IMG/VR virus record: IMGVR_UViG_3300005405_000007
DNA: 64,000 bases
Reading direction: 5' to 3' (one strand)
DNA from: an uncultured virus (IMG/VR IMGVR_UViG_3300005405_000007)
Lineage: Duplodnaviria > Heunggongvirae > Uroviricota > Caudoviricetes
The translations under genes and the position numbers were made by a program. Numbering within the stretch: the first letter of the stretch is position 1; every line of letters begins with the position of its first letter. Of this stretch, positions 47,513 through 58,402 are shown one piece after another. The notes beneath the pieces are model-generated. The model saw only the letters and a list, made by a program, of their open reading frames with translations, was not told where the DNA came from and made no database searches.

Positions 47513-49744
47513 CTACGATATAGTTTGTGTTTTTAACCATGCTGAAATCAAGCCAGCTAAATGCTGTTTACAAGCATCCGACATCGGGTGAATATCATCG
47601 TACATCCAAATTTGCCGAAGTGATAAGTCATGTACCCATACACCATCAATTTGACGGGGGTTTTCGCTTAAATTCTCAAGGTTTGATCCAACATGATTTG
47701 TGCCGTTATAACCTGCATCGTGCCATACGTGGGATGCATCCCAATAGCCTGTAGTTGTAACCTGCGTTCTAGCTCTTATTCCACTATCTTCCCAAAGTGG
47801 ATATAATGGAAATCCAAAATAATCAGCAGCAGTTTTTTCGGCCTCCCAAACACTTCCTAAATTATACCTAGTATCGTCATTGTCATAATGACCAACCATT
47901 AGTATTTTCATTCTAGGATTTCTTAAATAAATTTGCTGTACCAGATAAATAAATGCTCCCACACAATAATGTCTATCATTTGGCGTTGCAGGAACACTAG
48001 TAAAAGTAGAAGCTAAAGCGTCTCCCGTAGCATCATTGCGGAAATGCTCAAAAACAATTGCATCTGAAATGTCTATATATGATTCGATGCGGCCAAGAAT
48101 TGTGCCCGTAATTTTACCGTTTATACTCAAATCACCTTCGATATCTAAAGAATCATCCCAGCAGTACGAGTACGACAATTGTCGCATACTTTTATATATT
48201 TCTCCATCCCCTGCCCACACATCAACAGGTTTAGAAGAAGGGATTCCAGTAACAGGTGTGACGGGGTCGGAACCAACATACGCATCAGCAAACATATTGC
48301 TATAGCCTATAACGCTTGCAACCTGCTCGGACGTGTAGCCATCATTAATTAGATAAGACTTCCGGTCTGCTGTAGTCCAGCAATCAAATAACCGTCTCCG
48401 TTCATCTTGTGTCATTGATAAGGAACGCAATACATTTGCCATCCACATTCCTGTTATACCTAAATCATCCCCAAGGTCTGAAGAATCATAGACTGAACTA
48501 CCGATGCGCATCATTGACGAACCGACTGCATTATTAATTACGGTTGCTCCAAGTGCCGCACCAACAAGGATAGGATGTCCCTGTTCGGGAATGGAAGTAC
48601 CCGTCCATAAAAGTATTTTACCCGCCAAATATAATTCTCCCTGTGAGATTTTTTGCATTTCTTCATAAGTTGCAAGTTTTCTTTTCTCGGAAAGATAATT
48701 AACCGTAAGACTTGACGTTAAATTTGTAACATTACTACCATCATTATTCTTTACGATAACTGCAACATATAAAGAATCATCATCAATGGTATATTCTGCA
48801 ACCCAATCCCCGACAGCATTAAAAGGATACCCATATCCTTTATTGTTCGTGAGCACATAAATTAGACAGCCTGAAGATGCTGTAAATCCGCTTATATTAT
48901 ATGTCGGAAGTACAATAAACGCCCTAGTCAGGATAACAAACTTATTGCCCGTACTGTCGAGGTTGCCAGAAATTAAATTCGCATAAGCACTGGCAATATC
49001 TCCGCCATATCTAGTTGTATTCTCGACCTTTGATAATACTACGTCACCACGACTTACAACAATTAAAATACTGGTTAAATCATGTCCTGATATGTCGATA
49101 TCGCCTGTATATTTAACAATTATATATAAATATTGATAAGTATTTGTGTTGGTAAATGAAGTCACCCAACTCGTTATAGCTGTGAGCGCGGTGCCTTTTA
49201 TATTAGTTCCATACACAAGAAAAGAATATCCACTCTTGCAAAATACGTTAGCAACTGGTTTAGAGTCTAATACGGTATTTGCTCTAATATTACTCGCAGC
49301 GATTGAACCGTTAGTAACATTAAATGTACCAATAATTAATTCGACATTAGATTCCGATATTGTGCCGGAAAAATTATCGCCAATCAAATCATTAATTTTA
49401 CCAAACTGTCCTCTGACTGCGCTACCTATATTTGCGTAGGTTATCCCATCTGCCCCAACCCGACCGTCAATTAACTCCGCATCTCCCGTTGTGCTTCCTT
49501 CCGATAACGTTGCAAGATTTGTTATTCTTGCGCTTTCTAAAGCCAGATCTACTTGGCTTGCTTTTGCTACAAGCTCTGTCGTAGTTTGTGCCTGTAGTTC
49601 GCTAACAGTGGTAACTATTTCTTGTAAAGCACCTTCAACTTCAGTTGCAGTTATTATATTTCCTGAATCTGTTAGTGTAACTTTACTAGCACTAACTCCT
49701 ACTTCTTGCCACGCTGAACCATCCCAATATTTATTTTTAGCCAT
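47513..49744 (-). CDS. Tail fibre/spike with C-terminal SGNH hydrolase-like domain
   Basis: TTGDAELIDGRVGADG...IGSAVRGQ shoulder motif; GTSI, NNAVGSS, HFRND and DDIHP blocks. Confidence 0.72.
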   Translation of the reverse strand: MAKNKYWDGSAWQEVGVSASKVTLTDSGNIITATEVEGALQEIVTTVSELQAQTTTELVAKASQVDLALESARITNLATLSEGSTTGDAELIDGRVGADGITYANIGSAVRGQFGKINDLIGDNFSGTISESNVELIIGTFNVTNGSIAASNIRANTVLDSKPVANVFCKSGYSFLVYGTNIKGTALTAITSWVTSFTNTNTYQYLYIIVKYTGDIDISGHDLTSILIVVSRGDVVLSKVENTTRYGGDIASAYANLISGNLDSTGNKFVILTRAFIVLPTYNISGFTASSGCLIYVLTNNKGYGYPFNAVGDWVAEYTIDDDSLYVAVIVKNNDGSNVTNLTSSLTVNYLSEKRKLATYEEMQKISQGELYLAGKILLWTGTSIPEQGHPILVGAALGATVINNAVGSSMMRIGSSVYDSSDLGDDLGITGMWMANVLRSLSMTQDERRRLFDCWTTADRKSYLINDGYTSEQVASVIGYSNMFADAYVGSDPVTPVTGIPSSKPVDVWAGDGEIYKSMRQLSYSYCWDDSLDIEGDLSINGKITGTILGRIESYIDISDAIVFEHFRNDATGDALASTFTSVPATPNDRHYCVGAFIYLVQQIYLRNPRMKILMVGHYDNDDTRYNLGSVWEAEKTAADYFGFPLYPLWEDSGIRARTQVTTTGYWDASHVWHDAGYNGTNHVGSNLENLSENPRQIDGVWVHDLSLRQIWMYDDIHPMSDACKQHLAGLISAWLKTQTIS

Positions 49745-49747
49745 TAG

Positions 49748-50527
49748 TTAAACCATCTCCTTAATTAAATATTTTAAATCTTCTGGAACATCTTCAATAT
49801 AATAAATTTTATATTTTCTAAAAGTTCGTTGAAATGGATTTTCATTTAACTGTCGTTGAATGCCTCTTGTACTGATGTCTATTTCCTCACTACATCTGGT
49901 TTGATTATTCCACATCCCGATATAATTATTATTTTTATCAAACAAAACAAATTCTCTATGTATATTATTTATTATTATCAACCTATCTCTCAATTTATCT
50001 TCTGTAAACTCATCTTTAAAAAATAATATTTTCTCCTTGACTGAGTGTTTATTTTTCTTTCCTCTTAAAACATTATTAACACTTTGTACACAACTTCCAA
50101 TCTCTATAGCAAAAGCACTTTGAGATATACAACTTCTCTCAAAATTACCTTCCATATCAAAAACTAAAAATTCCTTACCTCCATTCATTACGGATAAATC
50201 ATCTGCATTACTGTCTGTTTTCTTACCAAATTGCCCACCTATACTCATATTATATCCACCAGTTCTAAAGCAATCGTAGTAATCAATCCAGTACAGTTCT
50301 TTCTCATCCAATTCTTCTTGATTTTCAGCAACATCAATTATGGACCACTCAAATTTGTCTGCACCATATTTAATAATTGCCAAATGAAAAGCGTAACTAC
50401 TACCATTATTCGCTTGACTAATATGTTCTTTCTTTCTTCTATTTAGATTTCTTATTGTTTGACCAATATATCTTTTATTATTTACTACATTTGTAGCACA
50501 ATATATTATCCCGTAACTATCTTCCAT
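49748..50527 (-). CDS. GIY-YIG homing endonuclease
   Basis: GIIYCATNVVNNKRYIGQT, ELDEKELYWI, GYNMSIGG. Confidence 0.88.
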   Translation of the reverse strand: MEDSYGIIYCATNVVNNKRYIGQTIRNLNRRKKEHISQANNGSSYAFHLAIIKYGADKFEWSIIDVAENQEELDEKELYWIDYYDCFRTGGYNMSIGGQFGKKTDSNADDLSVMNGGKEFLVFDMEGNFERSCISQSAFAIEIGSCVQSVNNVLRGKKNKHSVKEKILFFKDEFTEDKLRDRLIIINNIHREFVLFDKNNNYIGMWNNQTRCSEEIDISTRGIQRQLNENPFQRTFRKYKIYYIEDVPEDLKYLIKEMV

Positions 50528-50625
50528 TTTTCCTCCTTAAAATTACACATCAAAAAAAGACAGGTGATTAAACCTGTCTTAGTAAAACTATATTGTTTTT
50601 TTATTTAATAATCGGATTAATATAT

Positions 50626-51822
50626 TTATACACTTAAATCTAACCAAACATCATATAAATTTGGTGCTAATGGAGCAGTAAAACTTACCGTTACTTTTTT
50701 TACCAAAGTATCATAAACAGTAATACTCAAAGTATCAATCCATACCCAAGTACTACCATCATATCGATATAATTTCCCGTCATCAGTTGTTCTTACTGTC
50801 CAATAAATTTGTGGGTTTGGATATGTTGTTGCTATTGCTGAATAAGTCTCCACAGGATTTTTTAATATCATTTTTGATGTATTTATCATATTTTGATATT
50901 CAGTTACTCTTGCATTTTCATTTTCTATTCTAATATTTTCATTAGTTATTCGAGTATTTTCTGCCTCAATAGAATATTGATTATTTTGAATCAAAATTTC
51001 AAGATTACCTTTAGTTACATTAGCTTCATCATTTATATTTGTTAAATCTGTTTTTGTTGCCAATGCTATACTATTAAAATTATCCAATAAAGTTTTTGTT
51101 GCAGAAGCAATTTCATTACTGGAATCTAAATTATTTTTTGTTACATTAGCATTTGAAATTGTTGATGCTAAAGTTGATGTTGTTGAATTTCCTGTTGTAA
51201 TTGCCGTGTTTAGATTAGATAAAACCGTAGAGGCACTACCAACACTATTTGCCACGTCCTGCATCGATTCCGTTGATGCACCATTTACCGATTTTGTATA
51301 AATTCTTTCAGCCGGGATCTCGATAACTCCCCGTCCAAAATATGACGCTAAAACTGTTTGCCCAATTTCTGAAGAATTAAAAGTAATTATGGAATTCAAA
51401 TAATTTACATAAAAAGAATTAATAGATAAACCTGTAACTGTTTTAGATTCATTGTAACAAGCAATAGAGTATACAGAAGTATTATCTGGATTTGTTGTCC
51501 ATATTCCAGATATTGTTGCTACTTTTGTACTACCCGCATAATCTGTAATTAATTTTGATTGCCCTGCGCCAGTTCCCCCTGTGATAGTTATTGTAAAATT
51601 ATTATATCTATCATCTATAATTGAAGCACTGGATGTTAAAGTTATTGTGCTCGATGACCCTGCTTGTGCTGTACCAACCAATACAGCAGTTACACCCTGA
51701 AATTCACTGGGAAGTTCATCAAGAACTATTTTACTTTCATTAGAAATTACACACAAATCTTCTTTGCTAACTAAATCTTCTCTTAATTCATACAGAAGTG
51801 GATTATTAAATTCAAATGCCAT
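50626..51822 (-). CDS. Tail/baseplate-associated structural protein
   Basis: Thr/Ser-rich beta region, coiled coil, YRYDGSTWV; lies in the tail module. Confidence 0.65.
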   Translation of the reverse strand: MAFEFNNPLLYELREDLVSKEDLCVISNESKIVLDELPSEFQGVTAVLVGTAQAGSSSTITLTSSASIIDDRYNNFTITITGGTGAGQSKLITDYAGSTKVATISGIWTTNPDNTSVYSIACYNESKTVTGLSINSFYVNYLNSIITFNSSEIGQTVLASYFGRGVIEIPAERIYTKSVNGASTESMQDVANSVGSASTVLSNLNTAITTGNSTTSTLASTISNANVTKNNLDSSNEIASATKTLLDNFNSIALATKTDLTNINDEANVTKGNLEILIQNNQYSIEAENTRITNENIRIENENARVTEYQNMINTSKMILKNPVETYSAIATTYPNPQIYWTVRTTDDGKLYRYDGSTWVWIDTLSITVYDTLVKKVTVSFTAPLAPNLYDVWLDLSV

Positions 51823-51926
51823 TTATTTATTTCCTCCTCTTTATTTATAAACATAAACAACACAAAAAGAGACTCCATATCATAGAGTCCCTTTCCCCCC
51901 ATCTATCACTATACCCATACTTATTA

Positions 51927-52427
51927 CTACTTCTTATTACTAAAACTCGTACTAAACTTATAATTCAATCCATTATACCCATTAACATTAATGTAATAAA
52001 CTCCTGGTTCTAAAGATATTTTAAGTTCTCTTCCATAAGTAAATCCGCGTGAACTTAATAATGAACTAACTTCTATTTCATTATTATCGCTGTCATATAG
52101 AGAAATTGCGAAATATGAACTAATATCATAGCATAATTTTGATTTATTTGAAAAATACTGGAATGCATTTCCTCTAATCGTCAATTCACCTTTCTTAGTA
52201 ATTTTTAATTTATAATAGTCATAATTTTCAAATTGATCAGTTACACCATTCACTTTTTTATTCAATTTGATAGTATTTGCTTGAGATATTGAATTATTTG
52301 GTTCTTTTTCGTTAAAATCTGAACTAGCCATCACTGGAATTGCCGATACAAGCAATAAGGAAATTGATAATATAGATGTAGCAAATAATCTACCTAATCT
52401 TTTTGTATTTAATTTCTTCATATTCAT
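51927..52427 (-). CDS. Secreted PPC-like domain protein (moron)
   Basis: Signal peptide ending VMA; EKEPNNSISQAN, DYYK and LEPGVYYINV. Confidence 0.68.
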   Translation of the reverse strand: MNMKKLNTKRLGRLFATSILSISLLLVSAIPVMASSDFNEKEPNNSISQANTIKLNKKVNGVTDQFENYDYYKLKITKKGELTIRGNAFQYFSNKSKLCYDISSYFAISLYDSDNNEIEVSSLLSSRGFTYGRELKISLEPGVYYINVNGYNGLNYKFSTSFSNKK

Positions 52428-52670
52428 TTCCTTCCTTTACTATTTTTTGTATTTTTGTTTATGTGTGTAGTATATAGTATTGGGGGAAATAAAGCAAGTG
52501 ATGAAGTGTAGTTTTTTAAAATTTTATTTTTGTATTATCATCTAGTGTTTCGACACATATATACAAAATAGATAAAATTTTTTAAATCTTAGACAAAGTA
52601 ATCGAAACAAAATTATGATTATAACTTTTATTCACTGAACGAATTTTAACATAATCCGTAAATGTATTTC

Positions 52671-52910
52671 CTATATATATTCTTCTGACAACTCATTATC
52701 TTTCATATAAATCTTTATCAAGTTTAATGAACTTAGAAATTTATCATGAATTTCAATTACATCTGGCAATATTCCCTCGGAATCTTTACCAATCATTATA
52801 TTTAATAATACATTTATCGGATTAGAGATATTGTCAACATATTCTCGAATGTCATTTATTTTATTAAATGATTCTCCGCTAGATAATTCTACTCTACTTA
52901 CCACTCTCAA
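52671..52910 (-). CDS. Hypothetical protein
   Basis: SD GAGGTGA then TTG. Confidence 0.5.
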   Translation of the reverse strand: MRVVSRVELSSGESFNKINDIREYVDNISNPINVLLNIMIGKDSEGILPDVIEIHDKFLSSLNLIKIYMKDNELSEEYI

Positions 52911-52936
52911 TCACCTCACTTTATAATAATGTTATT

Positions 52937-55900
52937 TTACTGATGTACGAAATTAGCTTCTACCCACTGCTTAACAAGAATTATTTGATCATCTATATAG
53001 GACAGTGCCCCACTTATTTCATCTAATGCTGTGTTCGCTGTGCTTGATGCCGTATTTGCCGTATTAGATGCGCTTATTGCTATTGAAAGAGCATCACTTG
53101 CTGCCATATTTGCAGCATTTGCTGTTGTTGCTGCTGAATTAGCATTAGTAAGAGCAGTATTTGCCGTATCTAATGCTGTTTGGATATCAGTCTCAGTAGA
53201 TGATGTGTTTTGTGTCCATCCACCATTACTAATTAAATACAATAAATGAGCCTTAGTTGAATAATAATTATGAAAATAATTATTAAAATCATTTCTATTT
53301 ATAGTTATCGTATCGGATGTAGACAACGAAAGAGTAGATATATAACTAGCTAATGCATTATATGCAGGTGTAAAATAGTTAGTAGCATACAATGCTGATC
53401 CACCAATAGTTATATTCAATCCACCTTCAGTAGTATAAAAGGTTTGATTTATAATCTCAGGATATTCAGAGTATATAACATCCCACTCTTTACTCACAAA
53501 CTTTTTCTCAAATGCTAAAAGTTTAGAATCATCTGCATAGTCTTCCAATATATCCATAGCTTGAGTATCCTGTATTTTTGCCCATGTATAGGCAGTAACT
53601 AATGATGAATCTAAGTAATAAAAATCCGTATAGGTTCCTATATAAGTTCCGGGATCTTCACCATTATTTGTTGTAAAAGTTGACCCTCCATCATTTGAAT
53701 ATTTAATATGAAGATATGAACTAGAGCCATTAGAACCAGGAGTCCCATCTGTGCCTACTATTTTACTCCATGTATATTTTGTAGGATCTGTAGACGCTGT
53801 TGGGTTTGAATCAGAATAAATTCCTATATAAGTACCACTAGCAAAATTAAAACCTGATGTTCCATCACTATTTGTTGCATAAGCAATATGCATATAAGAA
53901 GCTTTTGTATCAGCATATTCTTTAGCAGATGTCGCAATAAATTCCAATAACTCTTCTCTCGTGCTATAATAATCACTGAACTTACCATCAAATTCATCTC
54001 TATCAATGTTAGTAGTTTTGGTAAGATCACTTAAAATCGGAGTTGGATTACTAGTATTATTAGGAAGAACCGTAACCAAAAGATAAGTATATAGAGCATT
54101 ATAAGCAGTATCATAAGGTATGTAATAAGAAGTCATCTCAGTTGATGGATACAATAATGCCTGTGCGTCTAAATTTATTTTTTCTACAACTATTGTATCC
54201 CATATTGGTTTTAATTGAGTTTTTTCGCTTTTTGTTATTTTATTACCGTCTGAAATATCACTTAATTCTTCCAATGCTAAAATGGCATCTGTTTTCGCCT
54301 TATTTGCTAATGCCTTTGTTATATTTGCTACAATATCATCAGTATATTCATTAGAATCAATCCAGTCCGTAGCGACATAGCTTCCAGTTTCTTTTTCTAC
54401 CACACAAATATTCACACTATTGTTTGCTAATTCTAACCATAAGTCCTGAATACTGTAAGGAGGTTGTGGTGTTACTGTAAATATTCGAACGCTGGCATCT
54501 ATAGACCCTTGGGACATTGAAGCTGATTTTAAAGCATTTAGTACATTTGTGTCGGTAATTTGTTCCCATAATGTGCCACTAAATCTGTAACCATATCCAG
54601 TAGATATATCGTAAAATAAATCTCCTATATGATAATTTTTTATTGTTGTTGTCGTCCACTCACTAGCAGGTAAATTCAATAAAGTAGGAGCATATCCATA
54701 AAACCAACATTCAATTTTACTATCTGTTTGATTACTAAAATTTGTAGTATCTGCTGTATATAATATATTCACAAATTCTACTAATTTAGCACTTACTACT
54801 GTATTTGCTATTTCTGCTTGCATTGTTGATATTTTTGTTTGTAATAATGCTTTTGTATCTGACACATTTTGTAAATAAGTAGCAATTGTTTCTTTATCTG
54901 TCGCAGTTATTACAATCGGAGGAATATAAGCACTACTTGGTTTACCTATCCATTGGTTTAATTCTGTAGTTAAGTTATTTATTGCCGTTACATAATTCAT
55001 TTTTTCATTTGCGGGATTATCACTATCTCCTAATCCTAAATCAGTGGCTAGTTGTATAAATGGTTGAGATTCTGCGATAATCTGTGCTAAACTTGATGAC
55101 AAATCATTTGCGTCCTTTTCACTGACACTTCCATCACCTAAATCAGTGTTTACAATTTGAGCTAAATTCACAATGGATTCTGCCAAACCAGTTATAGCAT
55201 CAGATAAATATGTTTTTGCTACACCCATAATTGCTTTAAGCAAATTAATTTTTACAGCATAATATGTTGAAAAATTATCAAGAAATAAATTTGTAACTGT
55301 AGAACTATGTGTCATATCTGATAATATAGGTGTGATATAGTCATATAATATTGAATATCCTACTTCATAAACATCCAAAGAATTACTTATAGTTGGATAA
55401 TTTGTTAAATCATAATAATTCGCACTCGCTTCAATATTGGGTTTTTCTGCAACAATAGCATCCCAATATTTTTTTACTGTTTTCTTTTCAGTAGTGGTTA
55501 TTAATCCATTAGTAGATACAATTTTAGTTAAATCTAAATTTGCTGCATCTGCCTCTACTATTGCTTTTTGTACTGCTAATGTTGCTTCAGCAGATATTAA
55601 TGTTGAACCAATTGCAATTCCATAGGGAGTGCCATCGATTATTTTTGTTGTAATATCCGCATAAGGAGATTTTGTTCCTGAATCACTAAATACTTCCAAT
55701 CCAGTTCCTTTGAATAATCCTGGAATACCAATGAATGCAAATGGAAATTTACCAACTCCTGTGTCTGTACCTGTCCCTCCAACTTTAATCATTGCATCTA
55801 ATAATGCTTGGTTCCAACCTATTGAATTATATGATGTCAATACTATAATTACACTATCATCAAATGTTGCTGTATCAGTATATGAATTCAATTTTGTTGC

Positions 55901-58402
55901 TAATGCAGTTCTTGCTGTATCATCGTCGAATGTATGGTAAATTTGTGTAAACAGAATAGATAAATCTTCTCTGCTAATAATGGTTAACATTAATCCTTTA
56001 TTATCAGAATTGCTTAGACTACTTGTATTAATAGTTTTTTTATTTAATTTTAGATAGCGATTACTATTATGATTATCTCCTGTACCACGGATAGATATTT
56101 CTCCATCAATAGTGTATCCAGGTGTTGCTATTGTGATTGCATTATTTAAAGTTAATTTAGTACTCATGACTAATTTGAATTTATTTAATAATGCTTTCTT
56201 CTCTGATGTTTTCATTTTCTTAGGGTAATCAATTAATGGTAAATCAACCCATTTTGCCAATTCAACCTGTAATCCATCTACCCCACAAGATGCGACAGTA
56301 CCAGTTAATGAATTCTGATAATTATTTATTAATGTTTGATCTACAGATAGATCAGTTGCAATTGCAATTACATCAGCACTTTCTGCTAAAATATTGGTAA
56401 AAGATGATTTTAAAGAAACTGATTCATCATAGCTGATAAAATTATCTTTTGCAAAAGAATTTATATCTGTTTGCATTGATACAATAGCTACATTTGCTTC
56501 AAATATTTGTTGATCTACGTAAGTTAATTCATTTGATGCCTCAATTTGTGTAATGGTTGTTTCTAACGCTGTTTTTGTAGTTTCAACTTTCTTCAAATAT
56601 CCATTTACTGTTTTACCTTTACTTGGTTTAATTGTAATTGGATAAGTAGATTGTAATAACCAATCATCAATCGAATTTAAAGCGTCATTTATTGCATTTA
56701 CATAATGACTTTCTACTGATGTTAAATTTGTTAAATCAGTTCCATCTACAATTGCTTTTAACCCATCTGCAATAGCAATAATATCATTAGATTCAGTTTG
56801 CACATTAGTAAACAAACCACTTAATGTTACTGATTCAGTTTGTGTAATTTGGCCATTATTAATATAAATATTCACTTGTGTTTGAAATGCAGATAAAGCA
56901 GTATTTAATTCAGTAATTTGATTATCAACAAATGACTTTGTGAATGTTTCTTTTGTTAAATCTACTTTATTTTTTAATGCTGCTAATGCCAAAACAACAT
57001 TTTGAAACAATGTGCTCAGATTTTCTCTTTGTTCAACACTAATCTCTATTGGGTATTTTTGTTGGTCTATCCAATTAGTTCTTAATTCGTTTCCTAAAGC
57101 TAACAAAGCAGTAGAATAAGCATCTTTTTCATCTACAATGTCTAATTCTTCAGCTATCATAATATAATCAGCAGATTCAGTTTCTAATTGTATTAGATCA
57201 TTTTTTAAAGCGTTTGCCTCTGCTCTTGATATGTAACCATCAGATGAAAAGTTTGAAATATCAAGTGATAAATTAGTCAATATGGTATTAGTTTCTTGAT
57301 ATTGCAAATCAACATAATCATTAGCTTTTTGAATATCTATTTTAATATTACTTATTGATGCAATTAAACTTGAAACAATATTGTTTTTGAAGTTTCCAAG
57401 TTCAAGACTTTCTATCCTATTTGTAATAATATTCTTAACAATTTTTATGATTTTAGCACTAAGATCAATATCTAATCTTGAATGTTTAATAGTAACCAAA
57501 TCACCAAGGGATACTTTATCTAATAAAAACAAATATTTTTTATACTCTTCTGTTTTTGACAATTCTATAAAATTAACTTTATAGTTAAATTGAGGAATAT
57601 CTATTTTACTATTTATAAAATAATTAGCTGCTGCAACTCTTAGTTGTTCTACTGCTATTTCTTCAGTTATATTATTATCTTCGTCTATACCTATATCTGT
57701 AAATTCGTGCACATTTATTTTTGGATTTGGATAACTATTAATATACGGACTATCTACATACTTTTCAGGAAGTAGTAATCCATCTTTCCCAATAGGCATT
57801 AATCTAGTAATAATATTTGAGATATCTAGATCCTCTTCGATTCCTTGTATATTTTTACCATAACTTATTAAAATACCATTATCTTCTCCACGAGAAACCA
57901 TAAGTTTAACGATAAAGTTGTCTCTAATTAATTCTCCACCCCAAGTAGCAATAATCCCATCTGTACCCATTATTGTTTCAACAGGATTTTTATAAATAAA
58001 AACCTTTGAGTTTGTATTCTGAATATTACTTTCATTTGTAAAATCATGTGTATATTGAGTATTTGTTAATACAGCATTTAAAGCATAAGAACCACTTTGA
58101 TTAGTAATTTCAACATTTTCTATAAAATTTCCAACTAAATCATAAAAAATATGCCTAGCATTAACTTTAATACCAGACATAGTTTTTACTTTTCTATATA
58201 TCCTAAATAATTGTCCATCTGCTTTAATAATATTATTTTCTAATAAATACTTCCACTTACCTCTATCATCCAAAGGAAATTCTAATTCAAGCTCATATAA
58301 ACCATTTATCTCTTCAGTTATTAAACAATAAATCAACTCTGCTAAAACAACTATTCCATTATTTTCGAAATTTACTTCTTTTGAATCATATAAGCAAATA
58401 AT
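52937..58402 (-). CDS. Tal-like tail tip/spike protein with long repeat extension (probable ATT start at 58402)
   Basis: EEINGLYELELEFP, QLFRIY, GGELIRDNF, YGKNI, ITRLMPIGKDG; helical repeats and an ILEI-like domain; follows Dit. Confidence 0.85.
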   Translation of the reverse strand: MICLYDSKEVNFENNGIVVLAELIYCLITEEINGLYELELEFPLDDRGKWKYLLENNIIKADGQLFRIYRKVKTMSGIKVNARHIFYDLVGNFIENVEITNQSGSYALNAVLTNTQYTHDFTNESNIQNTNSKVFIYKNPVETIMGTDGIIATWGGELIRDNFIVKLMVSRGEDNGILISYGKNIQGIEEDLDISNIITRLMPIGKDGLLLPEKYVDSPYINSYPNPKINVHEFTDIGIDEDNNITEEIAVEQLRVAAANYFINSKIDIPQFNYKVNFIELSKTEEYKKYLFLLDKVSLGDLVTIKHSRLDIDLSAKIIKIVKNIITNRIESLELGNFKNNIVSSLIASISNIKIDIQKANDYVDLQYQETNTILTNLSLDISNFSSDGYISRAEANALKNDLIQLETESADYIMIAEELDIVDEKDAYSTALLALGNELRTNWIDQQKYPIEISVEQRENLSTLFQNVVLALAALKNKVDLTKETFTKSFVDNQITELNTALSAFQTQVNIYINNGQITQTESVTLSGLFTNVQTESNDIIAIADGLKAIVDGTDLTNLTSVESHYVNAINDALNSIDDWLLQSTYPITIKPSKGKTVNGYLKKVETTKTALETTITQIEASNELTYVDQQIFEANVAIVSMQTDINSFAKDNFISYDESVSLKSSFTNILAESADVIAIATDLSVDQTLINNYQNSLTGTVASCGVDGLQVELAKWVDLPLIDYPKKMKTSEKKALLNKFKLVMSTKLTLNNAITIATPGYTIDGEISIRGTGDNHNSNRYLKLNKKTINTSSLSNSDNKGLMLTIISREDLSILFTQIYHTFDDDTARTALATKLNSYTDTATFDDSVIIVLTSYNSIGWNQALLDAMIKVGGTGTDTGVGKFPFAFIGIPGLFKGTGLEVFSDSGTKSPYADITTKIIDGTPYGIAIGSTLISAEATLAVQKAIVEADAANLDLTKIVSTNGLITTTEKKTVKKYWDAIVAEKPNIEASANYYDLTNYPTISNSLDVYEVGYSILYDYITPILSDMTHSSTVTNLFLDNFSTYYAVKINLLKAIMGVAKTYLSDAITGLAESIVNLAQIVNTDLGDGSVSEKDANDLSSSLAQIIAESQPFIQLATDLGLGDSDNPANEKMNYVTAINNLTTELNQWIGKPSSAYIPPIVITATDKETIATYLQNVSDTKALLQTKISTMQAEIANTVVSAKLVEFVNILYTADTTNFSNQTDSKIECWFYGYAPTLLNLPASEWTTTTIKNYHIGDLFYDISTGYGYRFSGTLWEQITDTNVLNALKSASMSQGSIDASVRIFTVTPQPPYSIQDLWLELANNSVNICVVEKETGSYVATDWIDSNEYTDDIVANITKALANKAKTDAILALEELSDISDGNKITKSEKTQLKPIWDTIVVEKINLDAQALLYPSTEMTSYYIPYDTAYNALYTYLLVTVLPNNTSNPTPILSDLTKTTNIDRDEFDGKFSDYYSTREELLEFIATSAKEYADTKASYMHIAYATNSDGTSGFNFASGTYIGIYSDSNPTASTDPTKYTWSKIVGTDGTPGSNGSSSYLHIKYSNDGGSTFTTNNGEDPGTYIGTYTDFYYLDSSLVTAYTWAKIQDTQAMDILEDYADDSKLLAFEKKFVSKEWDVIYSEYPEIINQTFYTTEGGLNITIGGSALYATNYFTPAYNALASYISTLSLSTSDTITINRNDFNNYFHNYYSTKAHLLYLISNGGWTQNTSSTETDIQTALDTANTALTNANSAATTANAANMAASDALSIAISASNTANTASSTANTALDEISGALSYIDDQIILVKQWVEANFVHQ

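Noticed and set aside
47513..58402. Diversity-generating retroelement acting on tail fibres
   Set aside because: No reverse transcriptase and no TR/VR repeat pair was seen by eye; a self-alignment would be needed to exclude it fully.
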